From the IMG/VR virus record IMGVR_UViG_3300045988_096302: a stretch of 60,112 nucleotides of DNA, one strand, 5' to 3'. Origin of the DNA: a virus. A program made the position numbers and the translations under genes. Under the pieces are notes generated by a model. That model was not told the origin of the DNA, did no database searches, and saw only the letters and a list, made by a program, of their open reading frames with translations. This document shows, piece by piece, positions 52,302 to 60,112 of the stretch (within the stretch, counting starts at the first letter, position 1; each line of letters starts with the position of its first letter).

Positions 52302-52847
52302 ATGGAATATAATTTAAAGAAACAGTTATTTGATAAAATTGGAGGACTTGAACTTGTAAATCCTGATGGATATGGTGCTAGATACAATAAAGGTGTACGT
52401 GATGCAAAGGCAAGAGTTGTTTCTTTCTTTAATAAAGAGCTTGTACCTGAAGTACCTCAGTATGTAGTTGACTGGTATGAGGAGAACAAAGATAATTTAG
52501 ACTATAACCTATGGAATTACATTATGGATTGGGAAGATACAGAAGAGGATAGTTTCAAAAGATGGGTAAATAATTCAAAAGATGCTTTTCAAACTATCAT
52601 CAATATGCACCAATTTGGCTATAAGGTTAAGGAAGAGAAAAAGTATAAAGTAAAATTTAAAAATGTTGTGAAGGACTCATCATGCCTTAAGTATGATGGT
52701 ATTGTTGGGAAATGGTATTTTGGTATGGAGAGTGATTCTATTGCAATACGTTTATACCACACTAAGTATGAGCTTGAAGCTGGTGGTTTTGGTGAAGTGT
52801 TTAATAATCCGTTGTTTGAAGTAGAGGAGATGAAGAAGAATGAGTAA
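52302..52847 (+). CDS. DUF1642-like protein (paralog B)
   Basis: ATG at 52302 (the ORF-track start is TTG). Its motifs are shared with 50879..51391. Confidence 0.5.
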   Translation: MEYNLKKQLFDKIGGLELVNPDGYGARYNKGVRDAKARVVSFFNKELVPEVPQYVVDWYEENKDNLDYNLWNYIMDWEDTEEDSFKRWVNNSKDAFQTIINMHQFGYKVKEEKKYKVKFKNVVKDSSCLKYDGIVGKWYFGMESDSIAIRLYHTKYELEAGGFGEVFNNPLFEVEEMKKNE

Positions 52848-53181
52848 TTTATGGGAAGAAACTATTGAGTTTTTAAAGGAAAATGATAAAACTTTTGAGG
52901 ATGTACTCTTTATCCAAGGGGAAGACTTCAAGGTAACAAAAGAAAACTTTGAAATTGTAGCTAAGAAGACAGATTATGACTCAGGCTTTGGTGCTCAACA
53001 TGTTGCCACAGACCTAGTGTTAGTTGGAGATGGCTGGTGGATTGAAAGAGCTGAGTATGATGGATCTGAGTGGTGGGAGTATAAAAGTATTCCAACAGAG
53101 AAGGATAAAGTTGAACATATCTATCACTTAGGTAATGGTATGTGGGATACTATCAAAGACCTTAATAAGGATAAGTTGTAA
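52840..53181 (+). CDS. hypothetical protein (113 aa), conserved GWWIERAEYDGSEWWEY motif
   Basis: Coupled ORF. Confidence 0.5.
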   Translation: MSNLWEETIEFLKENDKTFEDVLFIQGEDFKVTKENFEIVAKKTDYDSGFGAQHVATDLVLVGDGWWIERAEYDGSEWWEYKSIPTEKDKVEHIYHLGNGMWDTIKDLNKDKL

Positions 53182-53420
53182 TGAAATTTTTAATACTTGG
53201 TCTTGAAAACAAAGAGGTAGGATTCCAGCTATTTATTATAAATATTTCTGAGCTCATTCTAATTGATGAAGTGGATTTATTTAAAAATATATGTTTGAAG
53301 GTATCTTTAAAAGATGGTGGCATGCGATACTTCAACCATGTAAGAGTTAGTCCAGGAAAACTTATAGAAGTAAATAGAATTATTGATTTTTATAAGATTT
53401 TGGAGGAGTATAGTGCTTGA
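53181..53420 (+). CDS. hypothetical protein (79 aa)
   Basis: TAATG coupling. Confidence 0.4.
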   Translation: MKFLILGLENKEVGFQLFIINISELILIDEVDLFKNICLKVSLKDGGMRYFNHVRVSPGKLIEVNRIIDFYKILEEYSA

Positions 53421-53520
53421 TTTTTTATACATTACCTTAGGTTTTATATGGTTTGCTGGTATGGTAGGTACTGTAGTTGCACTATACATATCTTGCCTGA
53501 AAGGAGAGAATGATGAATGA
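53413..53520 (+). CDS. small TM peptide (35 aa; below the ORF-track cutoff)
   Basis: GTG lies 4 nt after GGAGGAG. Translation is (M)LDFLYITLGFIWFAGMVGTVVALYISCLKGENDE. Confidence 0.35.
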   Translation: MLDFLYITLGFIWFAGMVGTVVALYISCLKGENDE

Positions 53521-53722
53521 GGAAGTAGTTGTAAGATACCACTTTATAGGTGGTGAAACTGTTGACTGTGAGTACACAGATAAAGAAATGTATTATTCTA
53601 GTCTGAATACCTTTGAATTAGGAGGTCTCCTTATCTTTGATAAAGAGGTAATCAACACAAGGAATGTAACCTATACAGAAATTATTAAAGAAAGAGTGAT
53701 GAACATTGATAAACACTATTGA
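53510..53722 (+). CDS. hypothetical protein (70 aa)
   Basis: RBS AAAGGAG. Confidence 0.45.
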   Translation: MMNEEVVVRYHFIGGETVDCEYTDKEMYYSSLNTFELGGLLIFDKEVINTRNVTYTEIIKERVMNIDKHY

Positions 53723-55628
53723 TCTTAAATATCCTGTGTGCTTGGATATTGAAACAACAGGTCTTGATAGGTTTAGGGATGATATCACTTCAATTCAGAT
53801 TGGGTTTACAAATGTAGACCAAGGAAAGTATGTGCGTAGATTCTTCGATTGGAAGAAATTGGGAATGAAACGTGCTTTAATGCTTCTTACTAAGCTTAAG
53901 GATGCTAAGCTAGTCACACACAATGGAAAGTTTGACTTACTCTTTCTGTATGTTAAGACAGGGATTGAGTTGAAGCTATGGGTTGATACTTTAGTAATGG
54001 CTCATGTATGTGGTGAGGAAGAGCTTGGGCTTAAGCCTTTAGTTAAGAAGTACTTTAAGGTAGACTATGATATCTCTAAGGAAGCCAAGACAGGAAAGAT
54101 CACAGAGAAGTTCAAGGCTTATGGCTTGGATGATGTGTACTATCCTATGGAGCTGGTTAAGATCTTTAAGAAGAAGCTTAAGATCTATAGCCTTGAGAAA
54201 GTCTACAAGCATGAGATGAGAGCCTACAGTGCTTACCTTGAAGTTGAGAAGAATGGTATGCCTATCAGTCCTAGAAGACATGAGATAGCTAAGAAGCTTC
54301 AGGAGCAATATAAGCCTATCCTTGAAAGACTACTCACAGTAGGTAATATTAACTGGAACTCTACAGCACAGGTAGCTAAAGTGCTTTTCACAGAGAAGGG
54401 TGTTCCTGTGTATGATGAAAAAGGTGAGAAGCTTCCTAACACTTATGAAGTGCTTGAATACTCCTTCATGAATGATATTATCCTGAGAGGTGAGTTTAAC
54501 ACACGTAGTGAAGCTACACAGTTCATGAATGAGTATAAGGAAGAGAACCCTCACCTGTATGATATTGAAGTTAAGCTTAAACATAACTACAATCCTGTGA
54601 TTATTGGCTATGGTGTAGGGCTTAAGGCTATTGAGAAGACAGCCAAGGGAGTACCTTCAGTAAGTAGTGATGTACTGGCTAACTACTTTGGTAATCCTGT
54701 AGTGGATGATCTGCTAGAGTATCGTAGGCTTACTAAGCTAGAAACTTTCATTAAATCTTGGGAAGAAATTCAAGTAAATGATAGAATATACCCTAGCTTT
54801 AATATTACAGCTAGAACAGGAAGAACTACTTGCTCTAATCCTAACATCCAGCAGATTCCCCAGGATAAAAATGTAAGGAATTTGATTGAAGCTAGACCTG
54901 GATGGGTCATAAAAGAGCAAGATTACTCACAAATTGAGCTTCGTGTAGCTTCTATGTTCTCAGGTGATGCTAACATGCAACATGCCTATCAGTCAGGAAG
55001 TGACTTGCATAGTAAAACTACTGAATTGCTCTTTGGAGATACTTCTAGCCTTAGTCCTCAGGAACAGAAGAGGAAACGGACGGAAGCAAAATCTATGAAC
55101 TTTGGTTTTTTATACGGAATGTCTGCAAAAACATTCGTAGACTATGCAAAAGGATATGGATTGAATATTACTGAAGAAGAGTCAGAAGGCTTTCGTAACA
55201 ACTTCTTTAAAGCTTACCCTACATTGCTACAGTGGCATGAGGATTGTAAAAATTATGCAAGAGCAAACGGTTATACATGGTCTCCTATTGGACGGAAACG
55301 TTTCCTTCCTGACATCAACTCTAGCAACTTCAAGCTAAGAGGACAGGCTGAAAGACAATCCATAAACTCAGGAGTGCAAGGATTCGCCTCAGACATGTGT
55401 ACAAGTGCTCTAGCTGATATTGTTTTCAGTGATGAGATTGACCATGATAGATGTATTGTACTAGGTTCTGTGCATGATGCTATTCTCTTTGAAATTAGAG
55501 ATGACTATGTTGATGAAGTTTCACCTATAATTAACAGATTGATGGAGAAACCTTCCATCATTGAAGGAATTGATATTCCTATACCTATTGTGGCAGATTC
55601 TGAAGTTGCACAAGCGTGGGGAGGATAA
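53706..55628 (+). CDS. polA: family A DNA polymerase with 3'-5' exonuclease domain
   Basis: Exo I CLDIETTGLD, motif A DYSQIELRV, motif B RTEAKSMNFGFLYGMS, motif C GSVHDAILFE. The start codon is uncertain (TTG at 53706). Confidence 0.95.
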   Translation: MINTIDLKYPVCLDIETTGLDRFRDDITSIQIGFTNVDQGKYVRRFFDWKKLGMKRALMLLTKLKDAKLVTHNGKFDLLFLYVKTGIELKLWVDTLVMAHVCGEEELGLKPLVKKYFKVDYDISKEAKTGKITEKFKAYGLDDVYYPMELVKIFKKKLKIYSLEKVYKHEMRAYSAYLEVEKNGMPISPRRHEIAKKLQEQYKPILERLLTVGNINWNSTAQVAKVLFTEKGVPVYDEKGEKLPNTYEVLEYSFMNDIILRGEFNTRSEATQFMNEYKEENPHLYDIEVKLKHNYNPVIIGYGVGLKAIEKTAKGVPSVSSDVLANYFGNPVVDDLLEYRRLTKLETFIKSWEEIQVNDRIYPSFNITARTGRTTCSNPNIQQIPQDKNVRNLIEARPGWVIKEQDYSQIELRVASMFSGDANMQHAYQSGSDLHSKTTELLFGDTSSLSPQEQKRKRTEAKSMNFGFLYGMSAKTFVDYAKGYGLNITEEESEGFRNNFFKAYPTLLQWHEDCKNYARANGYTWSPIGRKRFLPDINSSNFKLRGQAERQSINSGVQGFASDMCTSALADIVFSDEIDHDRCIVLGSVHDAILFEIRDDYVDEVSPIINRLMEKPSIIEGIDIPIPIVADSEVAQAWGG

Positions 55629-55630
55629 GA

Positions 55631-56110
55631 ATGATAATCTTAGATAAGCCTGCTTATAGGCTTGATGAATACAAAGAGATCAGAGAGGCTAATCGCAGGT
55701 TTTTCAAGATTGACCCTGAGCACTACATAGACAAACAGAATGATTGGGAAGACTTATACACAATCTCAATCAGAGGCACTGTGTATGTAATGGATGACTT
55801 CTTTAATGGTCTCAGATATATTAGAAAGCACTATGGACAACCTGTGTCTAAGATGAGTAGCTTTGACCTAATCTTTAAGACTAAGCATGGACTACCTGAG
55901 GAGATTGACTACATGTACCGTAGATTCAGTAATGCCTACAAGACTGTTACTGACTACATTTCACAGACATGTTGCTTTTCTCATGTGGTCATTGATGAGC
56001 CTGAAAGGATAGAAAGGAGGATTGTTCATTATCCTGTGATTGATAGAACTGTTCCTCTTTGGTTAAGAGAAAAGATTATTTCAATCATTGATAATGGTTA
56101 TGCAGAATGA
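55631..56110 (+). CDS. hypothetical protein (159 aa)
   Basis: ATG at 55631 follows GGAGG. Confidence 0.5.
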   Translation: MIILDKPAYRLDEYKEIREANRRFFKIDPEHYIDKQNDWEDLYTISIRGTVYVMDDFFNGLRYIRKHYGQPVSKMSSFDLIFKTKHGLPEEIDYMYRRFSNAYKTVTDYISQTCCFSHVVIDEPERIERRIVHYPVIDRTVPLWLREKIISIIDNGYAE

Positions 56111-56265
56111 CTTATAATGTATTAGAGTTCTTTGATAGCCAGCTTAAGAAAGTACACAAGTTTGATACTTATGAAGAGGCTGAAAAGTTCCATGAAGAGA
56201 TGCATAAAAAGACTAAAAGCACCTACTTCATTCGATATAAGATGGATTTAAACAATGTATTCTAA
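56107..56265 (+). CDS. hypothetical protein (52 aa; below the ORF-track cutoff)
   Basis: ATGA coupling. Translation starts MTYNVLEFFDSQLKKVHKFDTYEEAEKFHEEMHKK... and fills an otherwise empty gap. Confidence 0.4.
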   Translation: MTYNVLEFFDSQLKKVHKFDTYEEAEKFHEEMHKKTKSTYFIRYKMDLNNVF

Positions 56266-56274
56266 GGAGGAATA

Positions 56275-56772
56275 ATGGTAAACAAAAGTAGCTCAGTAGG
56301 GATTACTGAGGATATTATCACAAACATCATGCACTTGGGAGCTAGTGAGTACCACTTAGAGATCCTTATCCGTAAATATGAGGATCAGATTAAGTTTTGG
56401 TATAACCTTGATAATCCTGAGTTTCAAACTGAGGAAGATAAAGTAGCTATCTATGACACAAAAGAGAAAGTGTATCAAATTACACAGCTTCTTCAGACTA
56501 CTACTGAACAGCGTAGAAAAGCTATGGAATTGCTTAAGTCACAGGCTAATGAGGAAGGAAACCCTGACATGTGGTGTCTCCTTAAACACGTTCTTGTGGC
56601 AACTATTACAGCGTTTGAGGCTTGGCAAGTAGACCTAGCCAATGATAAGGTTAAGTTTGCTTTCCTTGAGCAGTCACGTGTAGCAAACCAAGTTTTAGCT
56701 ATCTTTTTAGGTTATGAAGTCACTCCATGTAGTGCTTGCTTAACAGATCAATTAAAAGAGGATGGGAAATAA
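56275..56772 (+). CDS. hypothetical protein (165 aa)
   Basis: RBS AAGGAGG. Confidence 0.55.
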   Translation: MVNKSSSVGITEDIITNIMHLGASEYHLEILIRKYEDQIKFWYNLDNPEFQTEEDKVAIYDTKEKVYQITQLLQTTTEQRRKAMELLKSQANEEGNPDMWCLLKHVLVATITAFEAWQVDLANDKVKFAFLEQSRVANQVLAIFLGYEVTPCSACLTDQLKEDGK

Positions 56773-56794
56773 TTCCCATCCTGTGAGGAAAATT

Positions 56795-57487
56795 ATGAAC
56801 TATAAAGAAATTATTGAAGATTTTTTAAAAACTAAAAGTAAATCTAAACTTTGCAATGAGCTAGGTATCTCACAGTACTACCTTGATAAAATCCTTCAGG
56901 GTGAGGAAGTACCTGACATGGTAAAAACTAAGATTATCAACATGGTTTCATGTGAAACTGAGGATGAAGAAGTTATCTCAATTTCTAAGACTGAAGAAGG
57001 CTTCATCCTTGATGCACCTATTGATACTTTCCCTGATAAGGTTAACCGTATCTCCTACCTAAACTATGTTCTAAATAGCACAAAAGCAAACAAAAACCAC
57101 TATTGGAGACAAGTGCTTACTAAGAATGGTTCTAACACAGAAGAGGAAACTGTGGATCAGTTAGAGCGTATGGTAAACGCTATCCTGAAAGGTAACTGGA
57201 AGTTAATTGAAGAGGATGTACCATACATGATTAAGCTTCCAAGTCATCACTATCTAACTAAAATGGTTGATGGATCTACAGGGTGGTCTCTTGTGCAAAA
57301 TGCAAACACTGTTGTAGGAAGTAGTAAAGAGGAATTACTTAAACAATACCCTGAGTATGAAGACTTTATTGTACAAGAGCCTCTTAATGTTGTGAGCTTT
57401 AAGCCACAAGGGGAGAAAAATAAGAAGTTTAACCTTAAACCTAAAAAGAAAGGTTTTGTAATTCGAGATGCAAGAAAAAATTATTAA
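56795..57487 (+). CDS. hypothetical protein with N-terminal HTH-like segment
   Basis: ATG at 56795 follows GAGGA. An HTH-like segment is KLCNELGISQYYLDKIL. Confidence 0.45.
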   Translation: MNYKEIIEDFLKTKSKSKLCNELGISQYYLDKILQGEEVPDMVKTKIINMVSCETEDEEVISISKTEEGFILDAPIDTFPDKVNRISYLNYVLNSTKANKNHYWRQVLTKNGSNTEEETVDQLERMVNAILKGNWKLIEEDVPYMIKLPSHHYLTKMVDGSTGWSLVQNANTVVGSSKEELLKQYPEYEDFIVQEPLNVVSFKPQGEKNKKFNLKPKKKGFVIRDARKNY

Positions 57488-57707
57488 TTATGCTCTCATC
57501 TTTGGTTTCCTATTTCTAACTTTATGTTGTTATGCCACTGTGACCTTACAGAAGGCTCAAATTGAGCGTTTAGAGTATCAGGTGGGGAAACTTAAGGGTG
57601 AGTTGAAACAGAGTCATGAGGAGCTTAATAGCAAGGTCTATTCGCTTGACATGAGATTCAAAGATATGGTTTATTATTTAGAAAATGGAGTAAGTAGAGG
57701 TGGATAA
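57468..57707 (+). CDS. small membrane protein (79 aa)
   Basis: Contains the TM segment YALIFGFLFLTLCCYATV followed by a coiled-coil-like tail. Confidence 0.45.
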   Translation: MQEKIINYALIFGFLFLTLCCYATVTLQKAQIERLEYQVGKLKGELKQSHEELNSKVYSLDMRFKDMVYYLENGVSRGG

Positions 57708-58531
57708 TGACAACTTATAGTGTAAGTCGAGTAAAGACATTTTTGGAAAATCCTTGGAAGCATTGGTGTAAATATCTAGCAGGCTACAAGGAAAAGCAAG
57801 ATCCTGAAGTAACACAGTACATGGATCGTGGAACATACTTCCATAGAGGCATGGAGCTTTTAGCACAAAGTAAGGGTAAAATGACTCAGGAAGAGTTGTA
57901 TGCTAAGCTACGTGAGATCTATGCAGAATCAGGATTCCTAGAGGAAGCTAAACTTTCAGGAGAGCTTGCTATTGATCGCTACCTTTCAGAAGGTGAGCCT
58001 GTAGACTTTGAGAAAATCATTGAAACTGAACATCAAGTCTACTATGACCTCCCTAATGGACATGAGTTCACAGGTATCATTGATGCTGTTATTCAGAATG
58101 ATGATGGAACTGTTACCATTATTGACTATAAGACTCACTCTACAGCTCCCACAGATGATGAGTATCGCTACAGCCTTCAAGGTAACTTGTACATGTATGT
58201 ATATACACAACTAGGCTACAATGTACGTGATATGATCTTTGACTGTGTAAACCCTAAGATTAAGCTCACAGGAAGAAACTACAAACGTAAGACAATTCGC
58301 CTTGTGTATAATGAATACCGTACTAAGGACTTCTTTGACCAGTTTGTACATCTTGTAGACTTAATTGAGTCTGATCCTGAGTTTAAACTTTACATTCCAG
58401 GGAAGGGTGGACACAAGCCTGATGCCTATGATTACCTCTATAAAGTCTACATTGGTGAGATGATGGAAGACTTAGATGAATTTATTGAGAAAAATTTTCA
58501 AAAAAGGGTTGACAGTCCAACCCAAAAATGA
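57707..58531 (+). CDS. PD-(D/E)XK (RecB/Cas4-like) exonuclease
   Basis: The core GIIDAVIQNDDGTVTIIDYKT (D...D/E-x-K). RBS GAGGTGG. Confidence 0.7.
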   Translation: MTTYSVSRVKTFLENPWKHWCKYLAGYKEKQDPEVTQYMDRGTYFHRGMELLAQSKGKMTQEELYAKLREIYAESGFLEEAKLSGELAIDRYLSEGEPVDFEKIIETEHQVYYDLPNGHEFTGIIDAVIQNDDGTVTIIDYKTHSTAPTDDEYRYSLQGNLYMYVYTQLGYNVRDMIFDCVNPKIKLTGRNYKRKTIRLVYNEYRTKDFFDQFVHLVDLIESDPEFKLYIPGKGGHKPDAYDYLYKVYIGEMMEDLDEFIEKNFQKRVDSPTQK

Positions 58532-58537
58532 TAGAAT
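58509..58537 (+). promoter_or_regulatory. promoter (class AAAAAAGGGTTGAC) embedded in the 3' end of the exonuclease gene
   Basis: TTGACA, 17 nt, then TGaTAGAAT. The upstream AAAAAAGGG is identical to 42256..42264. Confidence 0.6.
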
Positions 58538-58582
58538 AGCTTTGTTGGGTTATCCAGCAATACACTAATAAGGAGGAATCAA

Positions 58583-59065
58583 ATGATTAGGTTCATTTGG
58601 GCACAGGATGCTAATGGTTTGATTGGAAGTAAAGGAAAGATACCTTGGTACAATCGAGATGATCTTAACTACTTCAAGAATCAGACAACAGGTGGCATTG
58701 TAGTCATGGGAAGTAGAACTTGGTTCTCTCTAGGATGCAAACCACTTAAGAATCGTCATAACATTATCCTGACAAAAGAGGATGACATTAAAGGTTATGA
58801 CCAAGAGAATGTCTACATTGCTCACACAGCAGAAGAAGTCATTGAGATCTATGAGAACTCTAGCCTAGATCTTTGGATCATTGGGGGAGCTATGACTTAT
58901 AAGACTTTTGAGCCTTGGTGTGAGGAAGCTGTGGTAAGCACAGTGGAAGGTGAGTATGAAGGAGACACTTACTATAAGGGTCTAGTGGATAAGCTCACTG
59001 AGGAGAATGTAGTAGTTACAATGAAAGGTGATGGTTTCACAGTGAAACATTATAAGGTGAAATGA
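58583..59065 (+). CDS. folA: dihydrofolate reductase
   Basis: IWAQDANGLIGSKGKIPW, VVMGSRTWFSL and LKNRHNIILT. RBS AAGGAGG. Confidence 0.9.
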   Translation: MIRFIWAQDANGLIGSKGKIPWYNRDDLNYFKNQTTGGIVVMGSRTWFSLGCKPLKNRHNIILTKEDDIKGYDQENVYIAHTAEEVIEIYENSSLDLWIIGGAMTYKTFEPWCEEAVVSTVEGEYEGDTYYKGLVDKLTEENVVVTMKGDGFTVKHYKVK

Positions 59066-59334
59066 TGGTAACACAAGATGCTTGTATCTTTCTATGTATT
59101 GTATGTTCATTTCTAACAGGGGTTATTTGCTACTTTATTGGAAAATGGGATAAAGAAGATAAACATACAACTATAAAAGGTACAAAACTAAAACTCATTG
59201 AAGGTATTGATGGAGTTACATCAGTACAGCTTACTCCTATCCGTTATGTTGAATTACTCACAAAAGAGGAAGAGTGCAATGAGCTAAAACTAGCTATTAA
59301 GAGGTTTGCAGATGAAACTCCTAAAGGAACTTAA
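59062..59334 (+). CDS. small membrane protein (90 aa)
   Basis: Contains the N-terminal TM segment CIFLCIVCSFLTGVICYFIG. Confidence 0.45.
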   Translation: MMVTQDACIFLCIVCSFLTGVICYFIGKWDKEDKHTTIKGTKLKLIEGIDGVTSVQLTPIRYVELLTKEEECNELKLAIKRFADETPKGT

Positions 59335-59437
59335 AGACCTAGTGTCTCTAATGGGATGTGCTGTAGTGTCAGTAGCTTTACTAGCTATAACAATTAAGCT
59401 TATAGCTATTGTGTGGAATTTCATTATGTCATGGTAA
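59312..59437 (+). CDS. small TM peptide (41 aa; below the ORF-track cutoff)
   Basis: ATG lies 7 nt after AAGAGG. Translation is MKLLKELKDLVSLMGCAVVSVALLAITIKLIAIVWNFIMSW. Confidence 0.35.
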   Translation: MKLLKELKDLVSLMGCAVVSVALLAITIKLIAIVWNFIMSW

Positions 59438-59440
59438 AAG

Positions 59441-59830
59441 ATGAAAGAAGATATTATTAACCCTAAGCGTTACACAGGTAACAAGCTAGAGTGCTGGGAT
59501 TTCTGGATAGAAGCTAGACTAAATCCACTAGTAGCCTCTGCTGTCAAGTATGTGTGGCGATATAAAGAAAAGAATGGTGTAGAAGATCTTAAGAAGGCTC
59601 TTGTGTTCTTGGATAAAATGAAGAACACACCTAAGGAGATGCTATACTTTACTGAAACTGAGTTCTTTGCTTCAGATGATTTACTTGAAAACATGAGTGA
59701 CATTCAGAGATTCATTGTAAACACATCTGTGCAAACAACACAAGAAGAATTATATAAGGTAGCTATTAGTGATATGGAAATTGCTATTAACTACTTGATT
59801 AAAACAGAATATGGAGAATTAAGTGACTAA
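59441..59830 (+). CDS. DUF3310-like protein
   Basis: KRYTGNKLECWDFWIEA...ASAVKYVWRYKEKNGVEDLKKALVFLDKM matches the DUF3310 pattern. Confidence 0.55.
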   Translation: MKEDIINPKRYTGNKLECWDFWIEARLNPLVASAVKYVWRYKEKNGVEDLKKALVFLDKMKNTPKEMLYFTETEFFASDDLLENMSDIQRFIVNTSVQTTQEELYKVAISDMEIAINYLIKTEYGELSD

Positions 59831-59858
59831 CATACTACTAATTTTATTGATTATTGTT

Positions 59859-60112
59859 ATGACTTATAACATTATCATTGGTCTTTATCTTATCGTTAGA
59901 AGTAAAACACTTAAGACAGTTAAGATTAAGTACAAAGATAATGCTCCTCACCTTGTGGATTTCACAAAAGGTGATTGGATTGATCTAGCTTCACCTAAAA
60001 GTATAGTTTACAAGAAAGGTGATCTAGTTCAGGTTGATTTTGGGGTAGCTATGGATATTCCTGAAGGCTATGAAGCTCACATTGCTCCACGATCTAGCCT
60101 ATTCCAGAACAC
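59859..60112 (+). CDS. dut: dUTPase, 5' portion (continues at nt 1..278); the frame is open from a GTG at 59823
   Basis: KIKYKDNAPHLVDFTKGDWIDLASP...AMDIPEGYEAHIAPRSS. There is no stop before the window end, which is why it is absent from the ORF track. Confidence 0.8.
   Translation, partial: MTYNIIIGLYLIVRSKTLKTVKIKYKDNAPHLVDFTKGDWIDLASPKSIVYKKGDLVQVDFGVAMDIPEGYEAHIAPRSSLFQN
60058..60112. repeat. 55-nt terminal duplication, identical to 1..55
   Basis: Exact match to the window start. Confidence 0.95.

Noticed and set aside
1-60112. A search for a lysogeny module (integrase, CI/Cro-like repressor pair, excisionase) or an attP.
   Set aside because: No tyrosine- or serine-recombinase-like ORF and no repressor-type HTH pair were recognisable by eye. 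The lone antisense gene at 41771..42055 has no HTH. The absence cannot be proven without profile searches.

Overview
The window is a complete tailed-phage genome assembled as a circle. The first 55 nt (1..55) are identical to the last 55 nt (60058..60112), so the unique length is 60,057 bp, and a dUTPase gene runs across the junction. By eye the sequence is AT-rich.

The host is probably a low-GC Gram-positive, most likely Streptococcus-like. This is inference only, from four things: a CHAP + Amidase_2 + SH3b-type endolysin, an LPQTG sortase signal, DUF1642-like paralogs, and streptococcal-adhesin-like motifs. I recognised no integrase or CI/Cro-type module, so it looks virulent.

The genome has two divergent arms that start in a repeat-rich control region (39784..40137) and converge on a bidirectional terminator (3110..3133).
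- The + arm (40138 -> junction -> 3111) carries early and replication genes: prim-pol/helicase, family A DNA polymerase, Sak4-like ATPase, DUF669 SSB-like protein, PD-(D/E)XK exonuclease, DHFR, dUTPase and many small ORFs.
- The - arm (39744 -> 3134) carries a RuvC-like resolvase, tRNA-Cys and tRNA-Arg, the packaging, head and tail genes, a 1613-aa tape measure, virion peptidoglycan hydrolases and holin + endolysin. A further 7.5-kb block of fibre/receptor-binding-like genes lies downstream of the lysin.

Most notable observations:
1. A 306-aa LAGLIDADG intein sits in the endolysin exactly in front of the Amidase_2 zinc-ligand Cys.
2. A secreted LPQTG-anchored adhesin-like gene is embedded in the replication module.
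3. An about 600-bp non-coding region holds an 81-bp-periodic degenerate repeat array plus iteron-like repeats. It lies next to a lone antisense gene that has its own promoter and terminator.
4. Four post-lysin proteins share a Cys-rich N-terminal module, and there are further extremely Cys-rich virion proteins, in a phage that carries its own tRNA-Cys.
5. Fibre proteins contain MucBP-like repeats and a possible antigen I/II-like Tyr-heptad helix / Pro-rich stalk.
6. The resolvase gene appears to be leaderless.

All functional calls come from motif recognition by eye. No database search was possible.
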